A DNA stretch of 64,000 nt from Macrostomum lignano (lineage: Eukaryota): positions 1-64,000 of the forward strand of contig NIVC01003647.1 in NCBI GenBank assembly GCA_002269645.1, given 5' to 3'. Every line of letters starts with the position of its first letter. The first letter of the stretch is position 1. Position numbers and translations under genes: made by a program. The notes under the pieces were generated by a model. The model saw only the letters and a program-made list of their open reading frames with translations. It searched no databases and was not told the origin of the DNA. Below, one piece after another: positions 1 to 11,981 of this stretch.

Positions 1-714
1 GCGCAGGGGTAGTTGCAGTGCCCACGTGGACACCTCAGTCTTGGATGCGTTTGATCACCAAGCCAACTCGGGTTGATCGCGAAGCGTTTGATCACCAAAG
101 CCACTGACTCCTGAGCGCATGCAAGCTAGCCAATATTGTACGGCCCTGACTGACTTTATCGTCAGGCATGTACACTCTGTGCCTTGGGGGTTGGCCCTCA
201 TTTGTGTGAATTGGCCCACAACCCCACGGCACCCACAGCACCGAGCACGAGATCAAACTAGGGGGTCGTGGCGCGTGAGTCAGACCTTCTAGACCTTCAA
301 CAGGATGAATAATTCGAATTACCTGAAATCAGTGCTTAAAATGTAATCGATATTTGTCGTAAATAATTATCATTAACTGATTCGCGGATAAATATCAAAT
401 CTGCGCTACTCCTGTAAAAGTTAATTGACAAGGATAAATATCGATCGGCTGTTTTAGTCGATACTTAATTAGTGGCGCTAGCACAGTAATGGAATGGGGG
501 AGGTAACCGGTTTGCAATATCCGTCCTAGCACCAAGGCCGAGGGTATCGGATATGCTTGCCCTGAACCACAGTTGGTGGCAAGCCCCGCAGCTCGATCTT
601 GTTAAGATAAGCGTGGGGGTAAGTCGCACTAAGCCAGCTGACTGACTGGCTCTGGACCTGCTGCAAATCCAATCAATTCTTATCAACCCGACCAAAAAGT
701 GCAGCAAAACTCAC

Positions 715-919
715 ACATAGGACAAAGCCAGGCGCTTCTTGAAGCAGCGCACGAGAAATGCGCCCTCATTGTTTGGCATCTTCTTCAGCAGCTCCGTCGC
801 CAGCAGCGGAGACATTTCTGGAAGAACCAGCTCTCATCCGGACGTCCATGAGTTCGTGTCTTCTTCTTTCTGCGAGTATTTTTTTGATGTTGGCCGATCG
901 CTTCAGTCCGGAGCTGGCT
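715..919 (-). pseudogene. Possible exon with an SH2-like motif, frameshifted (pseudogene or assembly indel)
   Basis: Minus strand: ttttccatttctctgacag| ... DESWFF, then a shifted frame PEMSPLLATELLKKMPNNEGAFLVRCFKKRLALSY, then |gtgagt. EGAFLVR..LALS resembles the SH2 betaB/betaC motif. The flanking exons are not resolved. Confidence 0.35.
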
Positions 920-1995
920 CTGTCAGAGAAATGGAAAATGAAAGCGAAAGGAATTATTGCATGCTAGCAAGGGAAGAATAATGACTTGGTCAATACTGGC
1001 GTGGCCGCTGGAGTCTTGCAACCGCGTGCAGGAAGTGAAAATGCGGGTTGGAGCCCCAAGCTGAAGGCAGAGCAGAGAGTTCAATGAAATTCTGTTAGAA
1101 ATTTGATCTCTCTTCCCCTCTTCTCACAGACTGACACTTCCTCCGTTGCGGGTTTCCGTCTGCAGCCGGCCCTGCGCCTCAAGCAGCCTTGACTTATTAG
1201 TCTGCAGCAAATTGGGAGCAGAAACTCGTCCACGCCTCCCAGGTGGTGGCTTTTGGCATGGACGCCTGGAGCCAGAGAGATCTGGACTAGAAAACCTTCC
1301 TCAAGTACGCATTGTTCTACAGTTCTCTAAACTATTGAAAACTGATTGGGCTTCACAATTGTCAACTTCTGCTCATTATGGAGATACCTGATATTAGGCC
1401 TTAAAAACCGGTTGGGTAAAGCCTTTCGCTCCAGTCCTCCATCTCCAGCATCCCCTGGCTTTAGGCTGCTGGCTGGCTCTACTTCTGGCGGGCATCTGTG
1501 TGAAGGCGTTAACCATGCACCCTCTAGCACATTTTTCCCGACAGAACAGTCACTGATGGTTCGAGGAGGGGGGGGGTTAATGACCGGGAGTTATTCGCAC
1601 CCAGCTTCCGGGAATTTAAACTGCTGCTGCGCATTTTTATTCAAAAAAGCCGCGCGAAACTGCGAAATTTTTTCATCCTCAACCAGCTGCTGCCCAAATG
1701 GAGGTTGTTTACAAGCCTACACGGGATTAGCGCCGGATTAGTGCTGCGAAGCTCTAATTAAGTCATAAATATCGGCATGAACAGGAAAACTCGCATAAAC
1801 AACCGCTTTTTATGACTTTTCAATCTCTGGTCTTCTCTGACTGATCAACCGCATTGACAGGGCGGGTTAAAGGACTTGCGCTGACTTCTTTGAAAGCAGA
1901 AATCTCTATTTTGATCACGGTTCGTTGGGGCATAATTAGGCACCTGTTTTAAATTTGGGGACTAGATTTTCAGTAACTCTGAATTTCTAATAAGC

Positions 1996-2365
1996 CAGAG
2001 GCGGATTTAGAAATATAAAATGAGGGGCGGGTTTTAACCATATGAGCTCGTAACAATGGGGGCGCCATAATACACTAGAGGGCGCCATAATATACACTAG
2101 AGGGGCGCCATAATATACACTAGAGGGGCGCCATAATATACACTAGAGGGGCGCCATAATATACACTAGAGGGGCGCCATAATATACACTAGAGGGGCGC
2201 CATAATATACACTAGAGGGGCGCCATAATCTAGACTAGAGGGGCGCCATAGTATACACTGGAAGGGCGCCATGATCTACACTAGAGGGCGCCATAGTATA
2301 CACTGGAAGGGGCGCCATAATCTAGACTAGAGGGGCGCCATAATCTAGACTAGAGGGGCGCCATA
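1996..2365. mobile_element. Truncated copy of the same MITE family with an expanded 22-bp subterminal array
   Basis: CAGAGGCGGATTTAG terminus followed by about 14 units of ggggcgccataatatacactaga; reverse-complement homolog of 11460-11695. The second TIR is not seen. Confidence 0.75.
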
Positions 2366-2739
2366 CTGAGCAATTTGAAACCTCTGTGCAGCAGGTAAAT
2401 ATCTAGATAGCGTACGGAGATTGGCGATAAAAGGAATGATGATGAAGATTCAGGGATATCGAAGGGCTATAAGCTGATTGGCACATCCAGAACCCAGCCG
2501 CATGGAGTGCCAGTCACAGCGGCACTGACCGCTTCAGGTGTGCAGATGCTGCTTTTCTAGCTAAGTGGTTGCGTTGGATTACAATTACAAGTTTCCTTAG
2601 AAGTAATATTTCGATTACGTCATCATTAAGAGAAATAAGTGTTTTTAATAGCATGTAATCCGCTCAGCTGAGTCATCAGTTCGGCCGCTGATCAAGGCGA
2701 CTTTGTAGAGGCAAGCAGCCGTGCCGCCCTGACTTTCAT

Positions 2740-3015
2740 CGTTAGAGCGTCGGACCTACGACTTAAAGGTCGGGGTTCGATTCCCGATTCTAATGGATCA
2801 ATTTGTGTCCTTGAGCAAGACACTTAACTCTGCATTGCTTCAGTTCACACAGCTGTAAAATGGGCGCCAGCATTAGCTGGGGTAATTGAGGGTGTGTGGC
2901 GACCCCCCCCGTCCTTGACTGAACAGCCGTACGCAGTCTTCAGATGCTGCGGTTGAGCTGTCGGTTGCACATCTGGCCCAATCGGGGCAGTTGTAATCAA
3001 TTATTATCATTACTG
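2740..3015 (+). mobile_element. tRNA-derived SINE (CORE-like central domain), copy 1
   Basis: B-box GGTTCGATTCC; CORE-like tgtgtccttgagcaagacacttaac...ctgtaaaatggg; (ATT)-rich tail; homologous to the copies at 15.1 and 16.3 kb. Confidence 0.8.
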
Positions 3016-3629
3016 CCATCAGTGTTAATACTAACTTATATTTTTCTTTGTTTACATTTCACCGCTAAGCAATATCGATTGTTCAATAATATTAAGATGC
3101 AGCTACCCTGGTGGCTGAGTGCGCTCCCGTTACGCTTGCTGAGTTTGCAACCCCACCTCCGGGAGCAGACAGGCAGGCAAGCAGGTGCAGCCGAAGCAGA
3201 TATCCAGGCAAATTGGGGGGGGGGGGGAAGATTCTCGGGAAGAAGAGAAGCGCGGCTAAAGCTCCATGCAGCTTCTTTTGTTCCCCGCCATCCAGTCTGG
3301 GGAGTTGTTTGCTCGGCGTGTGCCCAGCTGCATCTGTGCCCATCATTGCTAGGCTAGCTCAGGTCTCAAAAAGCCCACAGCCTCCCCACAGCATCCCGCG
3401 GTATCTCCCCAGATATCCTCCCTCCGACTTATCCCCAGCTCCAGCACGGGAAAGTAAGAGTGGGGGATGAAGAGGGGAAGCTGCATTAGGCAGGTTGAGG
3501 CTGAGTTCAGGTCCAGCGGCCTCAATGCAATTACAAGCGTCTGCAGAACTGTTGGTTCCTCTTTTATTTGCGAGATGGCTGGGTTGAGCTGTGTCACGAA
3601 GTGGGTATTTTTCATAATTGTGAAAATTC

Positions 3630-3725
3630 ATATTCACAACCATGAGGACGAACCCCCCAAGGCACAGAGACTGTACATGCCTGACGATTTGAAAGTCAGG
3701 GCCGCGGTACACCCTGTGTGAGCGT
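3630..3725 (+). repeat. Dispersed repeat family (core GTACATGCCTGACGA); other copies at about 140-215 (-) and 47185-47275 (-)
   Basis: Three diverged copies aligned by eye. Confidence 0.65.
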
Positions 3726-4204
3726 GTGTTTTATGAGTGCGTGCCCTGAGTGCAGCATGAAAAATTGCCCCGCAAAGTTAAATAATATTTCATTTGTTTA
3801 GGAAGCATGCGGGCTCGTGCCAACACACCCAGCCCCCTCCGAGTGTTTTGGGTGTTGCGCAACCCGACATGACGGGGTTCCGCTCAGTCAGGTTGGCCTC
3901 AACTGTCAATTAATTCTGCCGCTGCACAGCGGGAGGGATTCGATTGTATAGAGAATGCCCCCCCCCGCCGTGAGCAGTGCTCAAGTGTTTATTGCTGTAG
4001 CCAATGTTGTAGCAAAATGATTCTCTCTGCACACAGGTGTCTAAATAATGCAGCTGGAATATTCAGGCGGAGGAGATGAAAGGAGAGCGTTAAGCCAGGA
4101 GAGTGATAATTTTCGTTAGAGCATTCAAAATTCAGAGAAATGTAACAAACTTCTGGGGCACTAGAAAGGTGCCTCTGCAGGGTGTCACAATGGTGTTTGA
4201 GTGG

Positions 4205-4765
4205 TGTGTCAGGAAGGTTGTCAGAAAGTGTAAATAAAGTGTCAGAATGTGTCAAAATGGTGTCAGAATGGTTTCAGAATGGTTTCAGAATGGTGTCAGA
4301 AAGGTGACAGAAGGGTGTCAGGACTCAGAATGGTGTCAGAAGGGTGTCAGAAAGATTCAGAAGGGTGTCAGAAAGGTGTCAGAAGGGTGTCAGAAAGATT
4401 CAGACAAGTGTCAGAAAGGTGTCAGAAGGGTGTCAGAAAGGTGTCAGAAGGGTGTCAGAATGGTGTCAGAAGGGTGTCAGAAAGGTGTCAGAAGGGTGTC
4501 AGAAAGATTCAGACGAGTGTCAGAAAGGTGTCAGAAGGGTGTCAGAAAGATTCATAAGGGTGTCAGAAAGGTGTCAGAAGGGTGTCAGAAAGATTCAGAA
4601 GGGTGTCAGAAAGGTGTCAGAAGGGTGACAGAAAGATTCAGAAGGGTGTCAGAAAGGTGTCAGAAGGGTGTCAGAAAGATTCAGAATGGTGTCAGAAAGG
4701 TGTCAGAAGGTGTCAGAAAGATTCAGAAGGGTGTCAGAAAGGTGTCAGAAGGGTGTCAGAATGGA
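4205..4765. repeat. Minisatellite, 10-11-bp unit GGTGTCAGAA(A/G)
   Basis: Tandem array seen directly. Confidence 0.95.
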
Positions 4766-5548
4766 GTCTAAGTGAGGTGTCAGGTGCCGAAGCAGTTAAC
4801 ATTAATCGCTAATTTAGAATCTATATCAACATATTAGCAGCATAATTGTTAATGTTTACCGGCTTAGAGCATAGAAATATCCATAAGAAGGCATTCCAAT
4901 TCGCATTTATGATTATACTCATTGGAATAGAACCCTCAGCCTGGGTCGCCACTGGGTGGCGGGAGGATTTCGTGACATTGACAGAATTTCCCCGATCGGA
5001 GAAAAAAAACCACTGTTATTCTCCCTCTGGTGCTGCCCTGATCTCTCTTATGCTCACTGGTGCAGTGAAGCAAAAGTTTGTGTCGAATGTTTTTTTATAG
5101 AAAATGTGCAACTCAGCACAAAATTTGTCCGAACCGCTCAACTGCGCACTCGGCTGAGGCTTATTGCGCATTTATTATTTGTATTAGAACTGCTTGACGG
5201 TATTGGATGCTATTAGAATGCACTGGAATAGACACTGAAATATATGCTTTATCATAATGGCATTTGCTCAATTTTTATCTTATAGTTGCTATCAGCCTAT
5301 CTGTGGGGTGGTCCCGCACGCCCGAATGCTATGTAGTGTGGCCTTTTGTTCGATTCTTGTTCTCATAGAACTCTCCATTGGAGCGACTCAGGAGGGGGGG
5401 GTAGCATTGTGTCGGACAATAAAGCGAAAGTTTTACAGATTTTATCTCTGCTTTTTGGCCTATTCTACTTCGCTTTGGGCAACTCTGTTACTCGATACAA
5501 ATAAATTGCTGTCTCGCTTTGGTTCAAATACGAGCCTAGCAGTGATCC

Positions 5549-6390
5549 TTCAGGCTGTCTCACTACCATTCCTTCAGGGTGTCTCACTACTAGTCCTTCA
5601 GGCTGTCTCACTACCATTCCTTCAGGCTGTCTCACTACCATTCCTTCAGGCTGACACACTACCTGTCCTTCAGGCTGTCTCACTACCTGTCCTTCAGGCT
5701 GTCTCACTACCATTCCTTCAGGGTGTCTCACTACTAGTCCTTCAGGCTGTCTCACTACCATTCCTTCAGGCTGTCTCACTACCATTCCTTCAGGCTGACA
5801 CACTACCTGTCCTTCAGGCTGTCTCACTACCTGTCCTTCAGGCTGTCTCACTACTAGTCCTTCAGGCTGTCTCACTACCATTCCTTCAGGGTGTCTCACT
5901 ACTAGTCCTTCAGGCTGTCTCACTACTAGTCCTTCAGGCTGTCTCACTACCATTCCTTCAGGCTGTCTCACTACCATTCCTTCAGGCTGTCTCACTACCA
6001 TTCCTTCAGGCTCACTACTAGTCCTTCAGTCTCACTACTAGTCCTTCAGTCTCACTACTAGTCCTTCAGTCTCACTACTAGTCCTTCAGTCTCACTACCA
6101 TTCCTTCAGGCTCACTACTAGTCCTTCAGTCTCACTACTAGTCCTTCAGTCTCACTACTAGTCCTTCAGTCTCACTACTAGTCCTTCAGTCTCACTACTA
6201 GTCCTTCAGTCTCACTACTAGTCCTTCAGTCTCACTACTAGTCCTTCAGTCTCACTACTAGTCCTTCAGTCTCACTACTAGTCTTCAGTCTCACTACTAG
6301 TCCTTCAGTCTCACTACTAGTCCTTCAGTCTCACTACTAGTCCTTCAGTCTCACTACTAGTCCTTCAGTCTCACTACTAGTTCTTCAGGC
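5549..6390. repeat. Compound minisatellite: a 24-bp unit changing to a related 20-bp unit (CTCACTACTAGTCCTTCAGT)
   Basis: The unit loses 4 bp at about 6010. Confidence 0.95.
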
Positions 6391-6562
6391 TTCCAGACTC
6401 CCCAAGTCAAAGGCTAAAAGGCTAATGAATAAAGTCAATTAGTTCAGACCCGCAACTTGCATCAAACTGTGACTTGACCACGTGAACTATCTCACAGTCG
6501 AGAACAGTAAGTTAACCAGCCTCTGCTCCAAAACAGACAGGGACGCAGATTTTCAGTCTTAC

Positions 6563-6761
6563 CTTCACCGCCTATCAACAACAGCACTGTCTCAGGCAGC
6601 CAAAAACCTATAGAGCAAGCCAAGGACCCCCTAATAAAAGTGTCCAATCCAGACATAAGAGAGCAGCGTCTCTCAGTCTGAGGCATCAAGAGTCTTAGCA
6701 GGTCAAGCGGCATTTACAATCCAAGCCAAAGCCAGTCAAAATGCAGCTTTGCTCACTCAAG
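6563..6761 (-). other. Candidate exon (5'UTR or first coding) of a minus-strand gene
   Basis: Very long pyrimidine tract ending gtgttcag| and donor GAAG|gtaaga. No recognisable protein. Confidence 0.35.
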
Positions 6762-7261
6762 CTGAACACAAAAAACCGAGAATTGAAAGAAAGAGAAAGA
6801 GAGAAAAGTCAGTGAAATTCAAGCCAGTCGCAGTCTGAATCCTCATTTGAGGACTAGCTTATGCTAAGCTAAACAGCCACTGCTCCACCCCCAATATTTC
6901 GCACTTATTTTTCTCCAACACCCATGCAGGCCGCGCAGCTATGTGCTGGGAGCTGACACATTCAATATTGAAGCGCTTGACCAGAACAAACATAATACCA
7001 GCTAACACCCTACTCGCATATTGGAGCTGCAGACTTTCGCTTGGCACCTTGCTTGCCTGTCTATCTGTGAAATACACTACTGGAGTGGCCGCTCCACCCT
7101 CTCTCTCTCTGTCTACATACACTGAGCCAGGCCCTTTTAATTCGTTTCACTCTCTCCTTACTCTACTGGCTCTGCGGAAGCTGTCTTTCAATTTAAAATT
7201 TGCTCATTTTTGGAAGTGCTGAACTCTTGTTGATTGTTGAGTGTTGACTCAGAAAAGATTG

Positions 7262-7830
7262 GATGTCAGACCGATTGACGGGGTTGTCGGACCCATTGAG
7301 GGGGTTGTCAGATAGATTGACGGATTGTCAGACATATTGACGGGGTTATCAGACCGATTAATGGATTGTTAGACCGATTGACGGGTTGACAGACCGATTA
7401 ATGGATTGTCAGACCGATTGACGAGGTTGACAGACCGATTAATGGATTGTCAGACCGATTGACGGGGTTGACAGACCGATTATCAGGGTTGTCAGACCGA
7501 TTGACGGCGTTGTCAGACAGATTGACGGGGTTGTCAGACAGATTGACGGTTGTCAGACCGATTGACGGGTTGTCAGACCGATTGATTGGGATTGAGATAT
7601 TAGGGGTGGGATGTCACAGATTGGGATATCAGGGGGTGAGATGTCACAAATTGGGGTATCAGGGGGTGGTATGTCACAGATCGGGATATCAGGGGGTGGG
7701 ATGTCACACATTGGGATATCAGGGGGTGGGATGTCACAGATTGGGATATCAGGGGGTGGGATGTCACAGATTGGGATATCAGGGGCTGGGATGTCACAGA
7801 TTGGGATATCAGGGGTGGGATGTCACAGGT
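7262..7830. repeat. Two adjacent minisatellites (about 21-bp GTCAGACCGATTGACGGGGTT; 30-bp GGGATGTCACAGATTGGGATATCAGGGGGT)
   Basis: Tandem arrays seen directly. Confidence 0.9.
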
Positions 7831-8124
7831 TGGGATTTCAAGGATTGAAATGTCTACTTCCTGCTCATTACTCTCTACTCTCTACTCTTGACTCTCTACT
7901 TTCTACCCTCTACTCTCCGATTCTACTCAGAGGTCAGGATGTCAGCCTGATTGGCAAAGATCTCAGACATCCAAAATTAACGGTCGGGATGTCCGACCGA
8001 AAGCAATGCTTAGGGGTCAGATCGGTTCGGATGGTTTGTCAGAACAGAATATCATATTGAATTTTAAGACTTTCTACTTTTTATAATGATTCAATAACGA
8101 AGTTTAAGCGTACGAGTAACTTAC

Positions 8125-8202
8125 CTCAGATTACTGTCGGAGTTATCAGAGTGCTCGAGTCCAATCAAAAGCCGAGAACTTGATGGCGCCTTTAGCTTAT
8201 CA
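8125..8202 (-). other. Candidate upstream exon of the same minus-strand transcript
   Basis: Perfect donor GAG|gtaagt at 8124-8119. CCAAT/ATTGG motifs at about 8379-8406, upstream on the minus strand. The 5' boundary is uncertain. Confidence 0.3.
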
Positions 8203-8914
8203 CTGCATTATAAAAGAGTTATTAATGCAATACTGAATAGTTAATAGCTTAACTATGACTCAATGGTGCTGAAGGCAGAACTATATGCAGACAGACGGAC
8301 AGTGAGAGTTTTCTATTTTGGACTTATCAATTGTCTCCAAATCTCTTATAAGACTGCCAGAGGCTATACCGAAGCATTCATTGGCCGTCAGCCCAACAGG
8401 CCAATGGCTCTCTCTGGTATGCAAGCCCCCCTAGCCCGCACGCATTCTATGTAGGGCTTAAGACCAAAATTCACAGGAGTTAATGACGGACAGGTGAAGA
8501 GGAGGCCCGCGACACAAATTATGACAGAAAAAATTATCATGCTATGATGCTATTTGTCTAGATAAAAAACATGTGTACCGCTTTTTTACACAGCTTAATA
8601 GGGGAGTTCCCCCCTCGTAGTCGCTAATGACTCATAAAGTGGGAATAATTGGCAAAGGACGCTGGGGTGATGGTGACTGGCTTTTTTAAATGGATATTGA
8701 TGGATGTGGGGGACAGCTCGGCTTAGTGAGAAAGTGGCGCTGACCTGCAGGCTGTCGGGTGGGAGCCAGACTGGGGGGGACAGCTCAGTGGCTTGGGTGC
8801 CAGCAGTATAAACTTCTCGCGATTTCCTGAGCCCTCCGCATGCTCCATGACTCTGTTGTTGTGGGGGTGCTGTTAATGGGGTTAAGGGGGATATTAGGGG
8901 GTTCTTGGGGAGAG

Positions 8915-9870
8915 TATGTTGTTGTCAGGGAGGGGCTGTTGTTGTCGGGGAGGGGCTGTTGTTGTCGCGGAGGGGCTGTTGTTGTCAGGAAGGGGCTGTT
9001 GTTGTCAGGGAGGGGCTGTTGTTGTCGGGAGGGGCTGTTGTTGTCGCGGAGGGGCTGTTGTTGTCGGTAGGGGCTGTTTGTTGTCGGGTGGGGGCTGTTG
9101 TTGTCGGGGAGAGGCTGTTGTTGTCGGGAAGGGGCTGTTGTTGTCGGGTGGGGGCTGTTGTTGTCGGGTGGGGGCTGTTGTTGTCGGGTAGGGGCTGTTG
9201 TTGTCGGGGAGGGGCTGTTGTTGTCGGGGAGGGGCTGTTGTTGTCGCGGAGGGGCTGTTGTTGTCGGGGAGGGGCTGTTGTTGTCGGGTGGGGGCTGTTG
9301 TTGTCGGGGAGAGGCTGTTGTTGTCGGGTGGGGGCTGTTGTTGTCGGGTAGGGGCTGTTGTTATCGGGGAGGGGCTGTTGTTGTCGGGTAGGGGCTGTTG
9401 TTGTCGGGGAGGGGTTGTTGTTGTCGGGGAGGGGCTGTTATTGTCGGGGAGGGGCTGTTGTTGTCGGGGAGGGGCTGTTGTTGTCGGGGAGGGCTGTTGT
9501 TGTCGCGGAGGGGCTGTTGTTGTCGGGTAGGGGCTGTTGTTGTCGGGCGGGGGCTGTTGTTGTCGGGGAGAGGCTGTTGTTGTCGGGGAGGGGCTGTTGT
9601 TGTCGGGTAGGGGCTGTTGTTATCGGGTGGGGGCTGTTGTTGTCGGTTAGGGGCTGTTGTTGTCGGGGAGGGGCTGTTGTTGTCGGGAGGGGCTGTTGTT
9701 GTCGGGGAGGGGCTGTTGTTGTCGGGGAGGGGCTGTTGTTGTCGGGGAGGGGCTGTTGTTGTCGGGGAGGGGCTGTTGTTGTCGGGGAGGGCTGTTGTTG
9801 TCAGGGAGGGGCTGTTGTTGTCGGGGAGGGGCTGTTGTTGTCGGGGAGGGGCTTTTGCTGTCGGGGAGGG
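8915..9870. repeat. G-rich 20-bp minisatellite GGGGAGGGGCTGTTGTTGTC
   Basis: About 45 units. Confidence 0.95.
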
Positions 9871-10727
9871 CCCCTAATGAGCCGTATTCTCAGCAGTCTT
9901 GTCATTATCAATGATTTTCAAAGCTTCGCCTCGCCAAAGTGCTCTGGCGATGGCAATTTTGATCTGTCATCCTTTATTTATATACACTACTTGTAGTATA
10001 CAGATTAGTAGAAATCAGAATATTTGACGTTTTTAACTCAACGTGAACTCATAGAAAATGAATTTATTGTAAAAATTTTTTAATTTCTCAGACATAAATT
10101 GAAAATTTTATCCCCGCAGCTTATTTATGTGGAGAGAATCGTTTTCTGTAGATAAAAAAAGTATTCTCAGGTTATTTAGTCTCTTTGCTGATTAATTGAA
10201 TTAAGATATTTAGGATTCAAGGAGTCGATAGGGTCGGCCGACCCCCACTGGGAAAATTCTGGACCCCACCTCTGTATCACCCGGAGTTTAAGAACAGTTG
10301 ACCAAACTAAACTAACATTAGTTAATTATCCATACTAGCGATTAGTTAGCCCAGGGAATACGTACAGTATTCGGTGTCAGAGAGAAAGCAAAATTATCCC
10401 ACTCTGGGAGCTGCCCGAATCTTCCCCACTTTTTCCGTATATACGAGCGCATTACTAATACGTAGGAGGCCAGCTAGAGGGGAAAGATGAAATGAAAAAT
10501 GGGGATTGGGGAGTTGTTCGTCCGGAAAGGGAGATGATTTCTGATGGCTGATGCAGGGAACGTTATCAGTAGCCTTGCTGTGAATCACCCCATAGTGCTG
10601 GCCAATGGCAGAAAGTCCTGGATCTATATAGGAGGAGACATTTCCCACACCCCGGGGCCTACGAAGCGCTGCCAAAACAGCAGACAGCCCCAGTGTGCTC
10701 ATAGCGCAAGTGCAGCCAAACTATTCG

Positions 10728-11981
10728 ATGTCGGACGACTCTGAGCAGCGACAGCAGCCGGCGCCTGCGGCCTTCCAGGTGCCCGTGGATGAGGAGAACA
10801 TCGCCCAGACTGGCGGCCGGCGACCCAGGCATCTGGAGCAGAGGATGGAGGATCGCGAAGGCATCACAGCCGAGGTTATGACCCGGAGACAGGCGGAGGC
10901 TGAGGAGAGACGGAAGGTGAGATGAAGCGAAGCTAGATAGCTTAAAATTTATTTGAAATCGAAACAGTTGGCGAACCTGAACTGTTCGTTACTGAATTCG
11001 TTTTCAGTAAAGAGTGGAAGATTTTATTTTAAGATTTTCCATGACTCATTTGCCATTTGCAGTCGGTCTCCGTCTGCCCCCCTCTCTCTTTCGACTCTTC
11101 CTTCATCCCTAGGGAGGATTCAACCAACCCAACCTCGTATAGCATTGGCCCCAGTAATGACTCAGGATTTACGATGCTCAAAGTTTATCTATATGGAAAT
11201 AAAGTGAATAGCAGCATCGCAGACAGGGCGGATTTAAGGGGGGGGATGATGGCGCCCCTTTCCCTTTTGGGCTGGCAGCCCCAAATATGATCAATATTCT
11301 GAACTGTAATACTTTGAATAGACGGAGTGATTAAATCCAAAAACAGGAAGAAGTGCCGAAGACACAAGCATAGAAGTTGCCTGGCTAACTTCATACTATG
11401 TGCTCAGGTCCTCATAGAAATAAAAAAGGTCTTCACCGCCCCCCCCCATTCAGTTTTCTCAGTTTAGCGCCCCTCTAGTGTATATTGTGGCACCCCTCTA
11501 GTGTATATCATGGCGCCCCTCTAGTGTATATCATGGCGCCCCTCTAGTGTATATCATGGCGCCCCTCTAGTGTATATCATGGCGCCCCTCTAGTGTATAT
11601 CACGGCGCCCCTCTAGTGTATATTGTGGCGCCCCCACTCTTATGGTTAAAATCCGCCTATCATTTTACGAGCGCATATTTCTAAATCCGCCTTTTATCGC
11701 AGATTGCAAGATATTTTCATTCCATGCTAACCGCGATGATGAATAGAATGAAAATTAACAATCACAGAATATTTTCTCTTTAACAGCTTGTCAAAGCCGT
11801 TACGATGCTACACTAATTGCAACGCAGTGAAGGGTCAGCTGAAATGAATTTTCTTTAACCACCCCTTTCGCCATAGAGAAAAGAGGCCGAGACAATCAAG
11901 CGCGTCAGCATGCACCACGAGAAGGTGGACAAAATCTCCAAGGATGCCGAGGATCGCAAGAAGAGGGAGAGCGTCAGCTGA
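10728..11981 (+). CDS. Small stathmin-domain protein (STMND1-like), 2 exons, 97 aa
   Basis: Exons 10728-10916 (AAG|GTGAGA) and 11877-11981 (ccatag|AGA AAA), phase 0. AFQVPV...RPRHLE...ITAEVMTRRQAEAEERRKRKEAETIKRV resembles stathmin AFELIL...[28 protein letters not shown]. An upstream coding exon cannot be excluded. Confidence 0.75.
11224..11695. mobile_element. hAT-type MITE with 22-bp subterminal repeats, in the intron of the stathmin-like gene
   Basis: TIR core GGCGGATTTA at both ends; 8-bp TSD ATCGCAGA (11216-11223 and 11696-11703); repeats ggcgcccctctagtgtatatcat. Confidence 0.8.

Noticed and set aside
4247-9996. Repetitive ORFs (CQKGVR, QAVSLPFL, GGAVVVG and others)
   Set aside because: Minisatellite translations open in several frames, with no splice or domain support.
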